Shown piece after piece: positions 7,623-17,254 of a stretch of 45,364 bases of DNA. How positions within the stretch are numbered: position 1 is the stretch's first letter; every line of letters starts with the position of its first letter. Origin of the DNA: a virus (Duplodnaviria; Caudoviricetes); the IMG/VR virus record IMGVR_UViG_3300037522_000124, positions 1 through 45,364 of that record; one strand, 5' to 3'. A model generated the notes under the pieces. The model made no database searches. It was not told the origin of the DNA and saw only the letters and a list, made by a program, of their open reading frames with translations. A program made the position numbers and the translations under genes.

Positions 7623-7740
7623 TGTGGCATTATGCGAACCCCTGTATGTACGGCAGGCAAAACCAGAAACACCCGCTTCGGCGGAGTTCAACCGGACGTT
7701 TGCAGCGCATATCTGCAGACGGCCGGTTTTTTCGTGGAGC
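7623..7740 (+). promoter_or_regulatory. Extended -10 promoter plus structured leader 4 (paralog of 6380-6495)
   Basis: TGTGGCATTAT; CCTGT-ATGTACG-GCAGG; CCGC-TTCG-GCGG; terminator stem 7690-7705/7713-7728 with loop CGCATAT and a T-tract. Confidence 0.8.
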
Positions 7741-7748
7741 CAGAACAA

Positions 7749-8636
7749 ATGGATGAACTGAAGGACATTGCGGAAGTCTTCACCGTGACAAGCGGCACCG
7801 AAGAGACGAAAATCGATCCATTCGACTTTTTGCGTCTTGTGGCGGCGGATTCTGATTCACGCCGTGGCCCACTTTATTTCGATTTTGAAACGATCCCCGA
7901 TCCTGATCGGCCGGGACTGTATGACGACGGAATCAACCGGGGTTCATGCGAATATCCCGACATTTTTACTACTGTTGGAGGTACCGTTGATGCTATCAAA
8001 AACAGTATCACTGGCCTTTCGCACAACAACGAAACTCTCGAATACCTGGACAATCTCTCAGCGGTAGAGCAACAGGGGAAATCGAGATCCGGCGTAATCG
8101 GGGAAATCGCGAAACTGCAAAGCGCAATTGAAAACAGTGATGATGAGTTGCGAAAAATTTTGTCCGTTACGCCGGAACTATGCAAGGTTGCGGCGATTGG
8201 CTGGGCCGTCGGCGACGGTCCCGCGCATTCAGTTCTCACGATGGGAGATGATGAAGAAGGCATAGGACTGGGAGCGCTGTGGCGCTTGATTGCCGCATAT
8301 TCTCCGCTCGTCGGTTTCAATGTCATCCACTTTGACCTTCCGGTTCTCTATGTCCGTTCGCAGATTCTTGGAGTTGTGCCGCTAAAGAAGCTTGGCATGC
8401 GACCGTGGGGAAACGACGTTGTTGATCTGATGAAGGTCCGCTATCCCGCTGGAAAAGCAACGGGTCTGAAAACTTTAGCGAAGTACTATGGGTTTGAAAT
8501 TCCGGCCGGCGACATGGACGGCAGTCAGGTTGCGGCGCTAATCGAGTCGGACCCGCAGGCTGTTTTGAAATACGTTGAATCAGACGTGGAGATTACGCGT
8601 AAACTACACAAGGCGTACAAAGGGACTTGGTGTTAA
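7749..8636 (+). CDS. 3'-5' exonuclease, PolB-exo-like/DnaQ superfamily
   Basis: ExoI DFETIPD, ExoII GFNVIHFDLP, ExoIII YVESDV. Start moved to ATG 7749, after GGAG. Confidence 0.85.
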   Translation: MDELKDIAEVFTVTSGTEETKIDPFDFLRLVAADSDSRRGPLYFDFETIPDPDRPGLYDDGINRGSCEYPDIFTTVGGTVDAIKNSITGLSHNNETLEYLDNLSAVEQQGKSRSGVIGEIAKLQSAIENSDDELRKILSVTPELCKVAAIGWAVGDGPAHSVLTMGDDEEGIGLGALWRLIAAYSPLVGFNVIHFDLPVLYVRSQILGVVPLKKLGMRPWGNDVVDLMKVRYPAGKATGLKTLAKYYGFEIPAGDMDGSQVAALIESDPQAVLKYVESDVEITRKLHKAYKGTWC

Positions 8637-8657
8637 CCAGGAAGAGGAAAATCAATC

Positions 8658-9596
8658 ATGACGACCGATCTGATGGTGTTCGATAAAATCGACAATCCGT
8701 TGCAATTCATCAATGAATTCGGGGATGCGATGGCCGAATCCGGGATGTTTGGTACGACAAAAAAAGCAGCGGGGCGAGTGCTGGCGATGGCCTGTCTTTG
8801 CGAGCGGAAGAATCCAATTGAAATTAGTCGGGTTTACAACGTGATCGATGGTAGGCTGTCGATGCGCGCCGATGCAATGTACGCTGAATTCCGGCGAGTC
8901 GGCGGACGGGTCAAATGGCTGACTGAAGGAGATGACGACATTGAAGCCCGAGCTGTATTTTCGTTCGAGGGTGAAGATACGACGATCTGGTATAAGATGG
9001 CTGAAGCTGACAAGGCGAAAAGGAACAAACCGGGAAGCGGCTACGACAAGGATCCCGGAGCGCAGCTTCGTGCCCGTCTGCTCAGTCGCGGCATTCGAAT
9101 GCTGTGCCCGGAAATCAATGCTGGGTACTACGTGCCCGAAGAAATTGAACACCTAGGGTTGCCCGACGACGAAAAGACGGCAACGGCCGACAAAGCATTG
9201 GCCAGGAAAGTAGAGTTGAAGAAATTGGCGGAAGGCTTTGAACCGTCCGTCGCCGAGCCTGATGCCGTTGTAATCGAGGTTGATGTCGCGGAGAAAACAG
9301 TCGAAGAAGAAGAGCCTCCATTTGAGGCGGAGGAAAAGCGTGAAACAAAATCCTCCGTCGCCGAAAAACTGGAATACACTCCACGGCAGCTAGAAGCCCA
9401 ACAACAGTCCGGCCACGGCCTAATCGAGCTAGACCAGAGACAGCAAATCGCTGGGCTGTGCGAGCAACTTGGATCCACAATAGAGGCATTTGCGGAATCG
9501 TACAAAATTAAGCACGGCCAGGAGTGGACGACCATGTCCAATGAATCCGCCGACGCAATCATTGCGGCGCTGGAAGCAAAGTCAAACGCGAAGTAG
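8658..9596 (+). CDS. RecT/Redbeta-like ssDNA annealing protein
   Basis: AESGMF...YNVIDGRLSMRADAM...YDKDPGAQLRARLLSRGIRMLCPE pattern, acidic tail, adjacent to an exonuclease. Confidence 0.72.
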   Translation: MTTDLMVFDKIDNPLQFINEFGDAMAESGMFGTTKKAAGRVLAMACLCERKNPIEISRVYNVIDGRLSMRADAMYAEFRRVGGRVKWLTEGDDDIEARAVFSFEGEDTTIWYKMAEADKAKRNKPGSGYDKDPGAQLRARLLSRGIRMLCPEINAGYYVPEEIEHLGLPDDEKTATADKALARKVELKKLAEGFEPSVAEPDAVVIEVDVAEKTVEEEEPPFEAEEKRETKSSVAEKLEYTPRQLEAQQQSGHGLIELDQRQQIAGLCEQLGSTIEAFAESYKIKHGQEWTTMSNESADAIIAALEAKSNAK

Positions 9597-9635
9597 CGGT
9601 AGTTTCACACATCTTTCATTTTAGGAGATTTTAGA

Positions 9636-10187
9636 ATGGCGATACAAATCCCAAACGACGAATTGCCGGACGATCCCACACAATCATTTTCGGTAAAGCC
9701 CGGAACTTATCACGTCCGTATTGCGGACGTCGATGAAGACGGCGGGAAAAATGGCGAAATGATCGTTAATTACGAAGTGCTGGCGGGTACGACTCCAGAT
9801 CAGGAGGCCAGCATGTTCAAGGACTATTACCATAAGACACAGAAGGCGTCAGGCCGCATGATGTCATTTGCTATTGCGGTTGGCCTGATGACACTGGATG
9901 AATATCGGGAAATCAAACGCAGCGGAAAATCTATTGAAATCGAATTTACGGATGCGGTTGGCCGTCAAATGGTTGTCGATTTATACGAGGACGAATACGA
10001 GGGAAAGAAGAGAACCAAGTGCGGCTATGGCCTCTATCGAGTGGACGACAAAAGGGTCTTCGATAAAGGTGTTCCGCTCAATATGGGGATGATCAAGGAA
10101 TTCGCCAAAATCGTCAAACTCTCGATGCCCGAAGCGAACGGTAAGAAGCCTGCCGCTGATCGTGATCCGTTTGGAGGGGCTATCTAG
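9636..10187 (+). CDS. DUF669-like phage single-stranded DNA-binding protein
   Basis: KPGTYHVRIADV...EYEGKKR motif and DPF-type C-terminus; lies within the replication module. Confidence 0.65.
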   Translation: MAIQIPNDELPDDPTQSFSVKPGTYHVRIADVDEDGGKNGEMIVNYEVLAGTTPDQEASMFKDYYHKTQKASGRMMSFAIAVGLMTLDEYREIKRSGKSIEIEFTDAVGRQMVVDLYEDEYEGKKRTKCGYGLYRVDDKRVFDKGVPLNMGMIKEFAKIVKLSMPEANGKKPAADRDPFGGAI

Positions 10188-10196
10188 CTCAGGGTT

Positions 10197-12461
10197 ATGC
10201 CGAAGCAGAATGAGTTGACGGCTAAATTTCTTGGCGAGCGCCGGGTGTTTAACAACGGCGACGAAAGCCGGGTTATCATCGGTGACGCCGAGTTGGCCGA
10301 CGGAAATTTCAGCCGCATCACAATCAAGGGTGATGCGGCTGAATCCGCTTTGACGCCGGGAATGACGTACCGCTTTTACGGGTACGGCAAAACACACCAC
10401 AAGTACGGAGATCAATTCATCTTTTCGGATTTTGTGGCCGAGCAGCCTGCCGACCAAGACGGCATCGTAGCGTATCTGATGCAATGCAAGGGAATCGGTC
10501 CGGCAACCGCTCATCTGCTATGGGACAGTTTTGGCCCTGACGCCGTGCGCGTCATGCGGGAGGAGCCGGAGATTGCACGACGAGGAATCCCTCGATTTAC
10601 GTTTCAGATGGCCAAGGCTGCATCTGAACTTCTTCAGCGAAATGAACACATCGAAAAAACGAAGATAGAGCTAATCGGCCTGTTCAGCGGCCGTGGATTT
10701 CCGAAAAAACTGATCGGCCAATTGATTGAGCATTTCGGCACTTCAGCGGCCCAGCACATCAAAAGAAATCCCTACAAGCTGATGAAATTTCGCGGCTGCG
10801 GCTTCTTGCGCACAGACAAGATGTTTCTCGATCTGGGATTCAATCCATCACGACTGAAGCGACAAGTGATGTGTCTGTGGCATGGCGTACAAACGTTGGC
10901 CAACGGCGATACTTGGATTTCAATGTCCGCCGCACGGGACTGTCTCATCAAAAGTATAGCGGGTTCGTCATTGCAGTTTGACCGCGCCGTACAGATGGCC
11001 GCAAAGGCTAATTTACTGGTCACGAAAACCGAAAACGGCCGTATGTGGATCGCCGAATTCGGCAACGCCAAAAAAGAGGAACAAATTGCCCGGTGGCTGG
11101 ATGAGGCACGATTGGAAAAAGCAGAGTGGCCGAATCCATTGGATATTCCTGGGCTGTCGGAGCACCAACGCGATGAACTTCGTGGCGCGTTTGGCGGGAC
11201 CATTGGCGTTTTGGCCGGCCGGCCTGGAACCGGAAAAACCTACACGGCCGCCGCGATTATTCGTGCCGTCCAAGGGCAGGGAATGATTGCGGCGTGTGCC
11301 CCCACCGGCAAGGCCGCCGCTCGACTGAATGAAGTGATGCATGGCGATGGAGTCATCATTGAAGCCAAGACGGTCCATCGAACACTTGTGGTCAATTCGG
11401 TGGATGGCGATTGGTCGTTCGACCACGGTCCACATAATCCGTTGCCGTACCAATTTATTTTCGTTGACGAAGTTCCGATGATCGGCACTGACTTGATGCA
11501 TTCGTTATTGTCGGCCAGATCGCCGGGAACGCACATTTTATTTATCGGCGATATAAATCAGCTTTCTCCGATCGGCCATGGCGCTCCGATGCGGGACTTC
11601 CTGGCGGCTGGTGTCCCCCACGGCCATCTAACAAAAATTGAGAGAAACAGCGGGCAAATCGTTAAAACATGTGCCGACATTATCGAGAAAAAACGGTTCA
11701 CGGTTTCAGATAAGATCGACATAGAAGCTGGAAAAAATCTCAAGGTTTTGCCTGCCGCCAATCCAGAGGACCAGATTAAACGGCTCATGGAATCGCTGGA
11801 GTCGCTGGAATCGAAATGGGGAATCGATCCGGTTTGGGGTTGTCAAGTGATCGTAGCCGTCAACGAAAAGTCACCATTGGCGCGCAAGCCTCTCAATAAA
11901 CAACTTCAGGGAATTCTCAACCCGCATGGTGAAAACTCCGGCAACAATCCGTTTCGGGTCGGCGACAAAATCATCTGCACCAAAAATAAACAGTTTCCAG
12001 AATTCAACCCGACCGCCGAGGGCGACACTCATCTCGTGGCCAACGGCGAATTCGGCGAAGCTATTGACGTCGAAGAATTGCGGACAGTCGTGCGGTTAAC
12101 TTCTCCAGACCGGATCATAATCGTCCCGCGCGGAACCGGTGACAACGACGACGACGATGAAGAGAAAACCGGAACCGGCTGCGACTGGGAATTGGGGTAC
12201 GCGATTTCGTGCCACAAAATGCAAGGCTCTGAGTGTCCAGTCATTTTTGTGATGCTCGATGAATATCCAGGCGCTAGGATGGTCATGTCCCAGCAGTGGC
12301 TTATCACGGCTATCAGTCGCGCAAGGCTATTCACTATTTGTATCGGCAAGAAGTCGACAGCCGATGCGTGTGTTCACCGGGATTCATTGTCTAAGCGAAA
12401 GACGTTTTTGCGCGAGTTGGTTTTGCAGCCGCAGCAGGCGGTGTTTGAAGGGATTTTGTAG
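10197..12461 (+). CDS. recD2: RecD2-like SF1B DNA helicase
   Basis: N-terminal HHKYGDQF / HhH GIGPATA region, NPYKL, Walker A GRPGTGKT, APTGKAA, VDE, GDINQL, YAISCHKMQGSE, TAISRAR. Confidence 0.9.
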   Translation: MPKQNELTAKFLGERRVFNNGDESRVIIGDAELADGNFSRITIKGDAAESALTPGMTYRFYGYGKTHHKYGDQFIFSDFVAEQPADQDGIVAYLMQCKGIGPATAHLLWDSFGPDAVRVMREEPEIARRGIPRFTFQMAKAASELLQRNEHIEKTKIELIGLFSGRGFPKKLIGQLIEHFGTSAAQHIKRNPYKLMKFRGCGFLRTDKMFLDLGFNPSRLKRQVMCLWHGVQTLANGDTWISMSAARDCLIKSIAGSSLQFDRAVQMAAKANLLVTKTENGRMWIAEFGNAKKEEQIARWLDEARLEKAEWPNPLDIPGLSEHQRDELRGAFGGTIGVLAGRPGTGKTYTAAAIIRAVQGQGMIAACAPTGKAAARLNEVMHGDGVIIEAKTVHRTLVVNSVDGDWSFDHGPHNPLPYQFIFVDEVPMIGTDLMHSLLSARSPGTHILFIGDINQLSPIGHGAPMRDFLAAGVPHGHLTKIERNSGQIVKTCADIIEKKRFTVSDKIDIEAGKNLKVLPAANPEDQIKRLMESLESLESKWGIDPVWGCQVIVAVNEKSPLARKPLNKQLQGILNPHGENSGNNPFRVGDKIICTKNKQFPEFNPTAEGDTHLVANGEFGEAIDVEELRTVVRLTSPDRIIIVPRGTGDNDDDDEEKTGTGCDWELGYAISCHKMQGSECPVIFVMLDEYPGARMVMSQQWLITAISRARLFTICIGKKSTADACVHRDSLSKRKTFLRELVLQPQQAVFEGIL

Positions 12462-12471
12462 GTTTGTTCAC

Positions 12472-13011
12472 ATGGTAGCTAGAACCAAAAAAACCCCAGT
12501 GGCCCCCTTTGTCGTTGTGGTCGATACTCGTGAGCAGGCACCATATCGGTTCACTGAAATCGAAAACGACCGATTCAGCGGCGGTGGAATTCTGTTGATC
12601 CCGCTAAAAACGGACGCTGCGTTGCCGTCCGGTGATTATTCAATCGTCGGATATGAAAATTCGATGGCCGTCGAGCGTAAGTCAATGATCGATTTATTCG
12701 GCAGCGTTGGGTCCGGTCGCCAGCGATTCGAGGCGGAAATCCAACGTCTCAACGAATTTGATTTTGCCGCCGTTGTTGTCGAGGCGGAATTGGGAGAGTT
12801 GATCTTGAGGCCGCCGCCGCAGTCTCAATTGTCTCCAAAAACGATTACAAGGACGGTGCAATCGTGGTCGATCAAATATCCGATGGTACACTGGTTCTTC
12901 TTGCCCAGTCGCCGCGCTGCTGAACTGTGGACGTTCCGACTCCTGGAAATGTATTGGCGGCAGCGACAGCACGAAGAAAAAGAACAGGAAAAATTACAAT
13001 CAACGGAGTGA
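12472..13011 (+). CDS. ERCC4/XPF-domain nuclease (putative resolvase)
   Basis: VDTREQ, GDY and AVERKS motifs. Confidence 0.88.
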   Translation: MVARTKKTPVAPFVVVVDTREQAPYRFTEIENDRFSGGGILLIPLKTDAALPSGDYSIVGYENSMAVERKSMIDLFGSVGSGRQRFEAEIQRLNEFDFAAVVVEAELGELILRPPPQSQLSPKTITRTVQSWSIKYPMVHWFFLPSRRAAELWTFRLLEMYWRQRQHEEKEQEKLQSTE

Positions 13012-13018
13012 AGTCGGG

Positions 13019-15250
13019 ATGTCAAAGAGGCAAAATCCCGGGCCAAAGCTCGCTGAGTTTTTGGCCCGTCTCGGTAACGTCCAGGAAGACTCCAACGGCT
13101 GGAACGCACGATGCCCGCATCATGACGACCAAAAAAACAGCCTGAGCATCGCAATCGGAAAAGATGAAGTTACGGTCCTGAAATGCCATGCTGAATGCAA
13201 AACCCATGACGTGGTTTACGCGGTCGGCATGTCGATGACGGACCTCTTTCCAGAGCGATACGGAGAGCCAAAAAACAAGAAGAGGAAACGCGGCAAAGTC
13301 GTCAAAGCCTACGACTATTGCGATGAATTTGGCGCGTTGCGTTATCAGGTTTGCCGCATGGAGCCGAAGGACTTTCGGCAGCGGAGGCCGGACGGCAAGG
13401 ATGGTTGGGTGTGGAACATGAAGGGGATCACCAAAATTCCCTACCGGCTACCGGAGTTGATCGAGGCCGAAAAATCAAAGCCGGTTTTCATTGTGGAGGG
13501 AGAGAAGGACGTTGACCGGCTGGCGGAACTCGGCTTAGTGGCGACTTGCAATCCCGGCGGAGCGGGAAAGTGGATGAAGTCGATGTCTAAGTATCTGGAA
13601 GGTCGCGGAGTGGTCCTCGTCCAAGACAACGACCAGGCTGGTCTTGAGCACGTTGCCGATACTGGGAAGAAACTGGCCGGGATTGCGAAGTCGATCAAGA
13701 CGATCTTGTTGCCGGATTTGCCGAAGCATGGCGACGTGAGCGATTGGCTGGACGCCGGAGGAGCCGCTGGCGATTTGTTGGCCATCTCCGACGCGGCGGA
13801 AGATGGCGTCCCCGACGCTCCGTCACCGGCAGAAATCCGCCGCATTGTCTCGACGAACGACCTAGATTGCATTTGCAATTCGATCCTCGACGAGGACCGG
13901 GTGATCCCAGTATGCATGGAATCGATCATTTCTAAAATTCGCGAAGTGACCGACGATTGGCCGCGCCGGGTAGGGAATGACTTGTTTTTTCACAATGTTC
14001 ACGGTGTTCATTGGCTGGAAAAGCCGCCAGACCTTTTCTCTATGCTGGGTGAAAATCGGGAGCCGCCGATTTTTCGCGAGAAATTCAACTGTCATTCAAA
14101 ACATGAAGTGTTTTCGTTTTTGAGGCGAGTGGCCACGAAATATGAATCAGTTGAGTCATTTCCGCACGAGCCTCAACTTTCAACATGCTACTACACATGC
14201 GAACAACCGGAGCCGGGAGACGGAAAAGTTTTGGCTGGCCTCGTGGATCGATTCTGCCCTGAAACAGAGCACGATTCCGAGCTAATTAAAGCCATGTTCG
14301 CTACGACCATTTGGGGTGGAGTCGGCGGATCAAGGCCGGCGTTCGTGATCACCTCGGACCAGGGCCGCGGGACAGGGAAATCCAAAATGGCCGCGATGGT
14401 CGGCTTCCTCACCGGCGGAGTGATTGGACTTTCAGCCAGCGAAACCAGCGAAGCCGTCAAACATCGTCTATTGTCCCCTGAAGGGCTGTCGAAGCGTGTG
14501 GCCCTCCTGGACAATGTGAAGTCGCTCCGCTTCTCCTGGGCCGAGTTAGAGAGCCTCATCACCGACACAGTTATCAGCGGCAAGAGGATGTACGTAGGCG
14601 AGGCGTCGCGGCCAAATACGTTGACCTGGGTAATTACCCTCAATGGAATCTCTCTTTCGACCGACATGGCGCAGCGAGCAGTTGTGATCAAGATTTCACG
14701 TCCGACGCACAGCGGCGATTGGGAAGAGTCTATGCGGTCCTACATTGACGAGAACCGCGATGCCCTGTTGTCGGACCTCGTGGCGTTTCTGAGGCTTCCT
14801 GCGGCCCCCATGCCCCGTTATTCGCGTTGGGGAACGTGGGAGAAGCAGGTGCTTTCAAAATTGAAAAATCCCGCTTTGCTGCAAGAGGTTATACAAGAAA
14901 GAATTGGAGAATCGGACGTGGAGAATGATGAGGCCGAAGAGATCGAAAGCTTCTTTCAGAAGAGCATTCATTCTCTGGGGTACTACCCCGAAGAACGTGT
15001 CCACGTTCCATCAACGATTGCCGCAAAATGGGTGTACAAGGCGACTGGAGATCGGCATACAACCGTCGCCATCGGCCGTATGCTCAGTCAAAAAATCAAG
15101 GAAGAATCGGTCACATTGCTCTCGAAAAATCCATCTCACACATACGGTCGCGGTTTCGTTTTTTGTGCCGCGCCGACTGAAAATTTGGAAAAAATAAAAT
15201 ACGATTTAGAGTCCAGAATCGAGGTAAATAACCGAAATGAACTCAAATGA
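13019..15250 (+). CDS. DNA primase-helicase (Zn-binding + TOPRIM + P-loop)
   Basis: CPHHDD...CHAEC zinc domain, VEGEKD and DNDQAG TOPRIM motifs, GRGTGKS Walker A, LLDNV Walker B. Confidence 0.88.
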   Translation: MSKRQNPGPKLAEFLARLGNVQEDSNGWNARCPHHDDQKNSLSIAIGKDEVTVLKCHAECKTHDVVYAVGMSMTDLFPERYGEPKNKKRKRGKVVKAYDYCDEFGALRYQVCRMEPKDFRQRRPDGKDGWVWNMKGITKIPYRLPELIEAEKSKPVFIVEGEKDVDRLAELGLVATCNPGGAGKWMKSMSKYLEGRGVVLVQDNDQAGLEHVADTGKKLAGIAKSIKTILLPDLPKHGDVSDWLDAGGAAGDLLAISDAAEDGVPDAPSPAEIRRIVSTNDLDCICNSILDEDRVIPVCMESIISKIREVTDDWPRRVGNDLFFHNVHGVHWLEKPPDLFSMLGENREPPIFREKFNCHSKHEVFSFLRRVATKYESVESFPHEPQLSTCYYTCEQPEPGDGKVLAGLVDRFCPETEHDSELIKAMFATTIWGGVGGSRPAFVITSDQGRGTGKSKMAAMVGFLTGGVIGLSASETSEAVKHRLLSPEGLSKRVALLDNVKSLRFSWAELESLITDTVISGKRMYVGEASRPNTLTWVITLNGISLSTDMAQRAVVIKISRPTHSGDWEESMRSYIDENRDALLSDLVAFLRLPAAPMPRYSRWGTWEKQVLSKLKNPALLQEVIQERIGESDVENDEAEEIESFFQKSIHSLGYYPEERVHVPSTIAAKWVYKATGDRHTTVAIGRMLSQKIKEESVTLLSKNPSHTYGRGFVFCAAPTENLEKIKYDLESRIEVNNRNELK

Positions 15251-15554
15251 ATTTTTATTCTCCGTCCTACTGCGTCCTAGTGACCTAGTTTTTGAAAAAT
15301 GCAGGACGGCATCCGACATGAAGAAAACTGTTTGCAGAAAAGCAATTATGTAAATTTAGGTCACCAGGACGCATATCTCCCTATTAATAATAACCCATAC
15401 ACTATCTATCTAATCACCTAATTTTCTTGTTTTTTTCTCTATTAAAAATAGAAATAAAAGAACCTGAAAAAAGCGTCCTAGCGGCCTACTCTTATTGAGT
15501 CATTCCGTTCAATTTTGCAACACAACTAAATTTTAGGATTAGTGTACAAGCCCC
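15251..15554. other. Putative replication origin
   Basis: AT-rich gap after the primase. 17-bp inverted repeat (15271-15287 vs 15357-15373, 16/17 identical) and further CGTCCT copies at 15263, 15303 (reverse) and 15473. Confidence 0.6.
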
Positions 15555-16115
15555 GTGTTCAACTCCTCTGAAAAGTCCAACGTCCCTGAAAAGTCCAACG
15601 TCCCTGAAAAGTCCAACGTCCCTGAAAAGTCCAACGTCCCTGAAACTTCCAACGTCTACCGCGACCGATTGATCTACCGCGATCGCTTCGTCGGCAAGCC
15701 GGCCAAGCCGTGCCGGATCTGTGGTTCGGCATTCTTCCATATTAACGGACTCGGAGGTCTAGTTTGCACGGGATGCAATCTCCCGCGCGGGGAGTCGGAC
15801 TGCAAGTTTAAAATGGTGGTTATTGCGGTTGGTGCTGAACTTTGCGGGCCTGGTGCTGTCGTGAACGGTGGTCGGAGCAAAAATATCCCATGGAACAATT
15901 GGGCTGAAAGGGCGTTTGTCGTGATCGAGGAGCATCACGCTGCTGTCGCCGCCTCCGCCGCCACCCTGGTCGATGATTTGTTTTCGGGCCAGTCAGGACA
16001 GCCAGACCAATCAATTCAAAAAGATGGTGTTTCTGGTTACAGGTTAAAAAATCCCGGGAAACTTATTTGGGTGGATGCCGACGACGTTTCGGCGGCGTCT
16101 TTGGGTGATTTTTAA
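15555..16115 (+). CDS. Hypothetical protein with N-terminal PEKSNV repeats and a CxxC...CxxC zinc ribbon
   Basis: CRIC and CTGC pairs; start uncertain. Confidence 0.55.
   Translation: MFNSSEKSNVPEKSNVPEKSNVPEKSNVPETSNVYRDRLIYRDRFVGKPAKPCRICGSAFFHINGLGGLVCTGCNLPRGESDCKFKMVVIAVGAELCGPGAVVNGGRSKNIPWNNWAERAFVVIEEHHAAVAASAATLVDDLFSGQSGQPDQSIQKDGVSGYRLKNPGKLIWVDADDVSAASLGDF
15568..15656 (+). repeat. 18-bp tandem repeat CTGAAAAGTCCAACGTCC, 4 perfect copies + 1 degenerate
   Basis: Read directly; encodes (P)EKSNV in ORF 15555-16115. Confidence 0.95.
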
Positions 16116-16129
16116 TTCAAGGAGGAAAC

Positions 16130-16318
16130 ATGTTAGTTTTATCACGGCAAGTCGGTGAGGATGTCATGGTCGGAGATTGCGTTGTGAAGGTCATCGAAAT
16201 TCGCAGAGATAAGGTTCGCTTGGGTTTCGATTTTCCCGAGGATGTGCCGATTCACCGGCGTGAGATTTACGAACTGATTAAACGGGAAGGGAATTTCGAT
16301 GAGAAGACTGAAGAGTAA
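16130..16318 (+). CDS. csrA: Carbon storage regulator CsrA
   Basis: MLVLSR...VKVIEIRRDKVRLGFDFPEDVPIHRREIY; AAGGAGG RBS. Confidence 0.93.
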   Translation: MLVLSRQVGEDVMVGDCVVKVIEIRRDKVRLGFDFPEDVPIHRREIYELIKREGNFDEKTEE

Positions 16319-16455
16319 GATGTGCCGTAATTGCGGAATGGTGCGCGGGCACTGGGCGATCATATGGGATTTGATCACATGACAGTTCTGCCCATTACTG
16401 GCCAAAACTCAAGACATTTCACGGCCGTAGAAAAATCCAACACAACGGAGAAAGC

Positions 16456-16785
16456 ATGATCGCGACGTCAACCATCTTCCGCAGCAACGGCGGCAATTAC
16501 GTCGCCATCGTCAACGGCAAGCGAATCGAGGGAGGCAGGCTCGAAGTCGAGGATGCCGTTGCGGCCGCGAATGGAACTGTTTCCCGGCATCGCAGCACGC
16601 AAGAAAAGCAGGCAAAGTGCCCGCGCTGCGGACGGTATGGGTCCGTGCTGCGAATCGTGGACTTCTTTCACTGCACCGCGTGTGACGCGGAGTTTGACGA
16701 TCTGCCGGACGAGGGCGGCGATTACTTCACCGATCCAACTAAGCGAATCGAGAGAAAGCACGCAAAGGGAAAACATGCAAACTGA
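16456..16785 (+). CDS. Zinc-ribbon hypothetical protein
   Basis: CPRC...CTAC, GGAG RBS. Confidence 0.75.
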   Translation: MIATSTIFRSNGGNYVAIVNGKRIEGGRLEVEDAVAAANGTVSRHRSTQEKQAKCPRCGRYGSVLRIVDFFHCTACDAEFDDLPDEGGDYFTDPTKRIERKHAKGKHAN

Positions 16786-17254
16786 AACACTTGGCGGTGA
16801 ATTATCAGTTCGCTGGATGACCCGCAATGATCTTGACGATGTTCTGGCCATCGATTCCCAAAGCTTTTTGCATCCATGGACGGAGAAAGACTTAATCGAT
16901 GTGCTCCGAAACAGAAATGTTATCTCCAGTGTCGCGTTGAAAGGAAAAGAGCGGCGCGTTGTTGGTTTCATGGTCTATGGGTTACACAAGAAGTCACGAT
17001 TCGACATCTTGCGGCTGGCCGTTCATCCCGACCATCGATTTCAAGGTGTCGGCAGGAAGTTGATCGATGATCTGGCGGGAAAGTTTTCATTCGGGATGAG
17101 AAACAAGATCAGAGCGGATGTCACGGAAACGAATCTTGACGCTCAATTGTGGCTTCAGTCGCTTGGTTTCATTTGTGAGTCAGTGTTGTATGGCGAACCA
17201 TGCGGCGAGGATGTGTATCGGATGATCTATCGCAAGGAATGGGGGGACTTATGA
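16775..17254 (+). CDS. RimI-like GNAT N-acetyltransferase
   Basis: VRWM...VLAIDSQSF..PW, AVHPDHRFQGVGRKL acetyl-CoA motif, ETNLDAQ..GF. Confidence 0.88.
   Translation: MQTETLGGELSVRWMTRNDLDDVLAIDSQSFLHPWTEKDLIDVLRNRNVISSVALKGKERRVVGFMVYGLHKKSRFDILRLAVHPDHRFQGVGRKLIDDLAGKFSFGMRNKIRADVTETNLDAQLWLQSLGFICESVLYGEPCGEDVYRMIYRKEWGDL

Noticed and set aside
15568-15656. CRISPR array
   Set aside because: Head-to-tail 18-bp units with no spacers; no cas genes.
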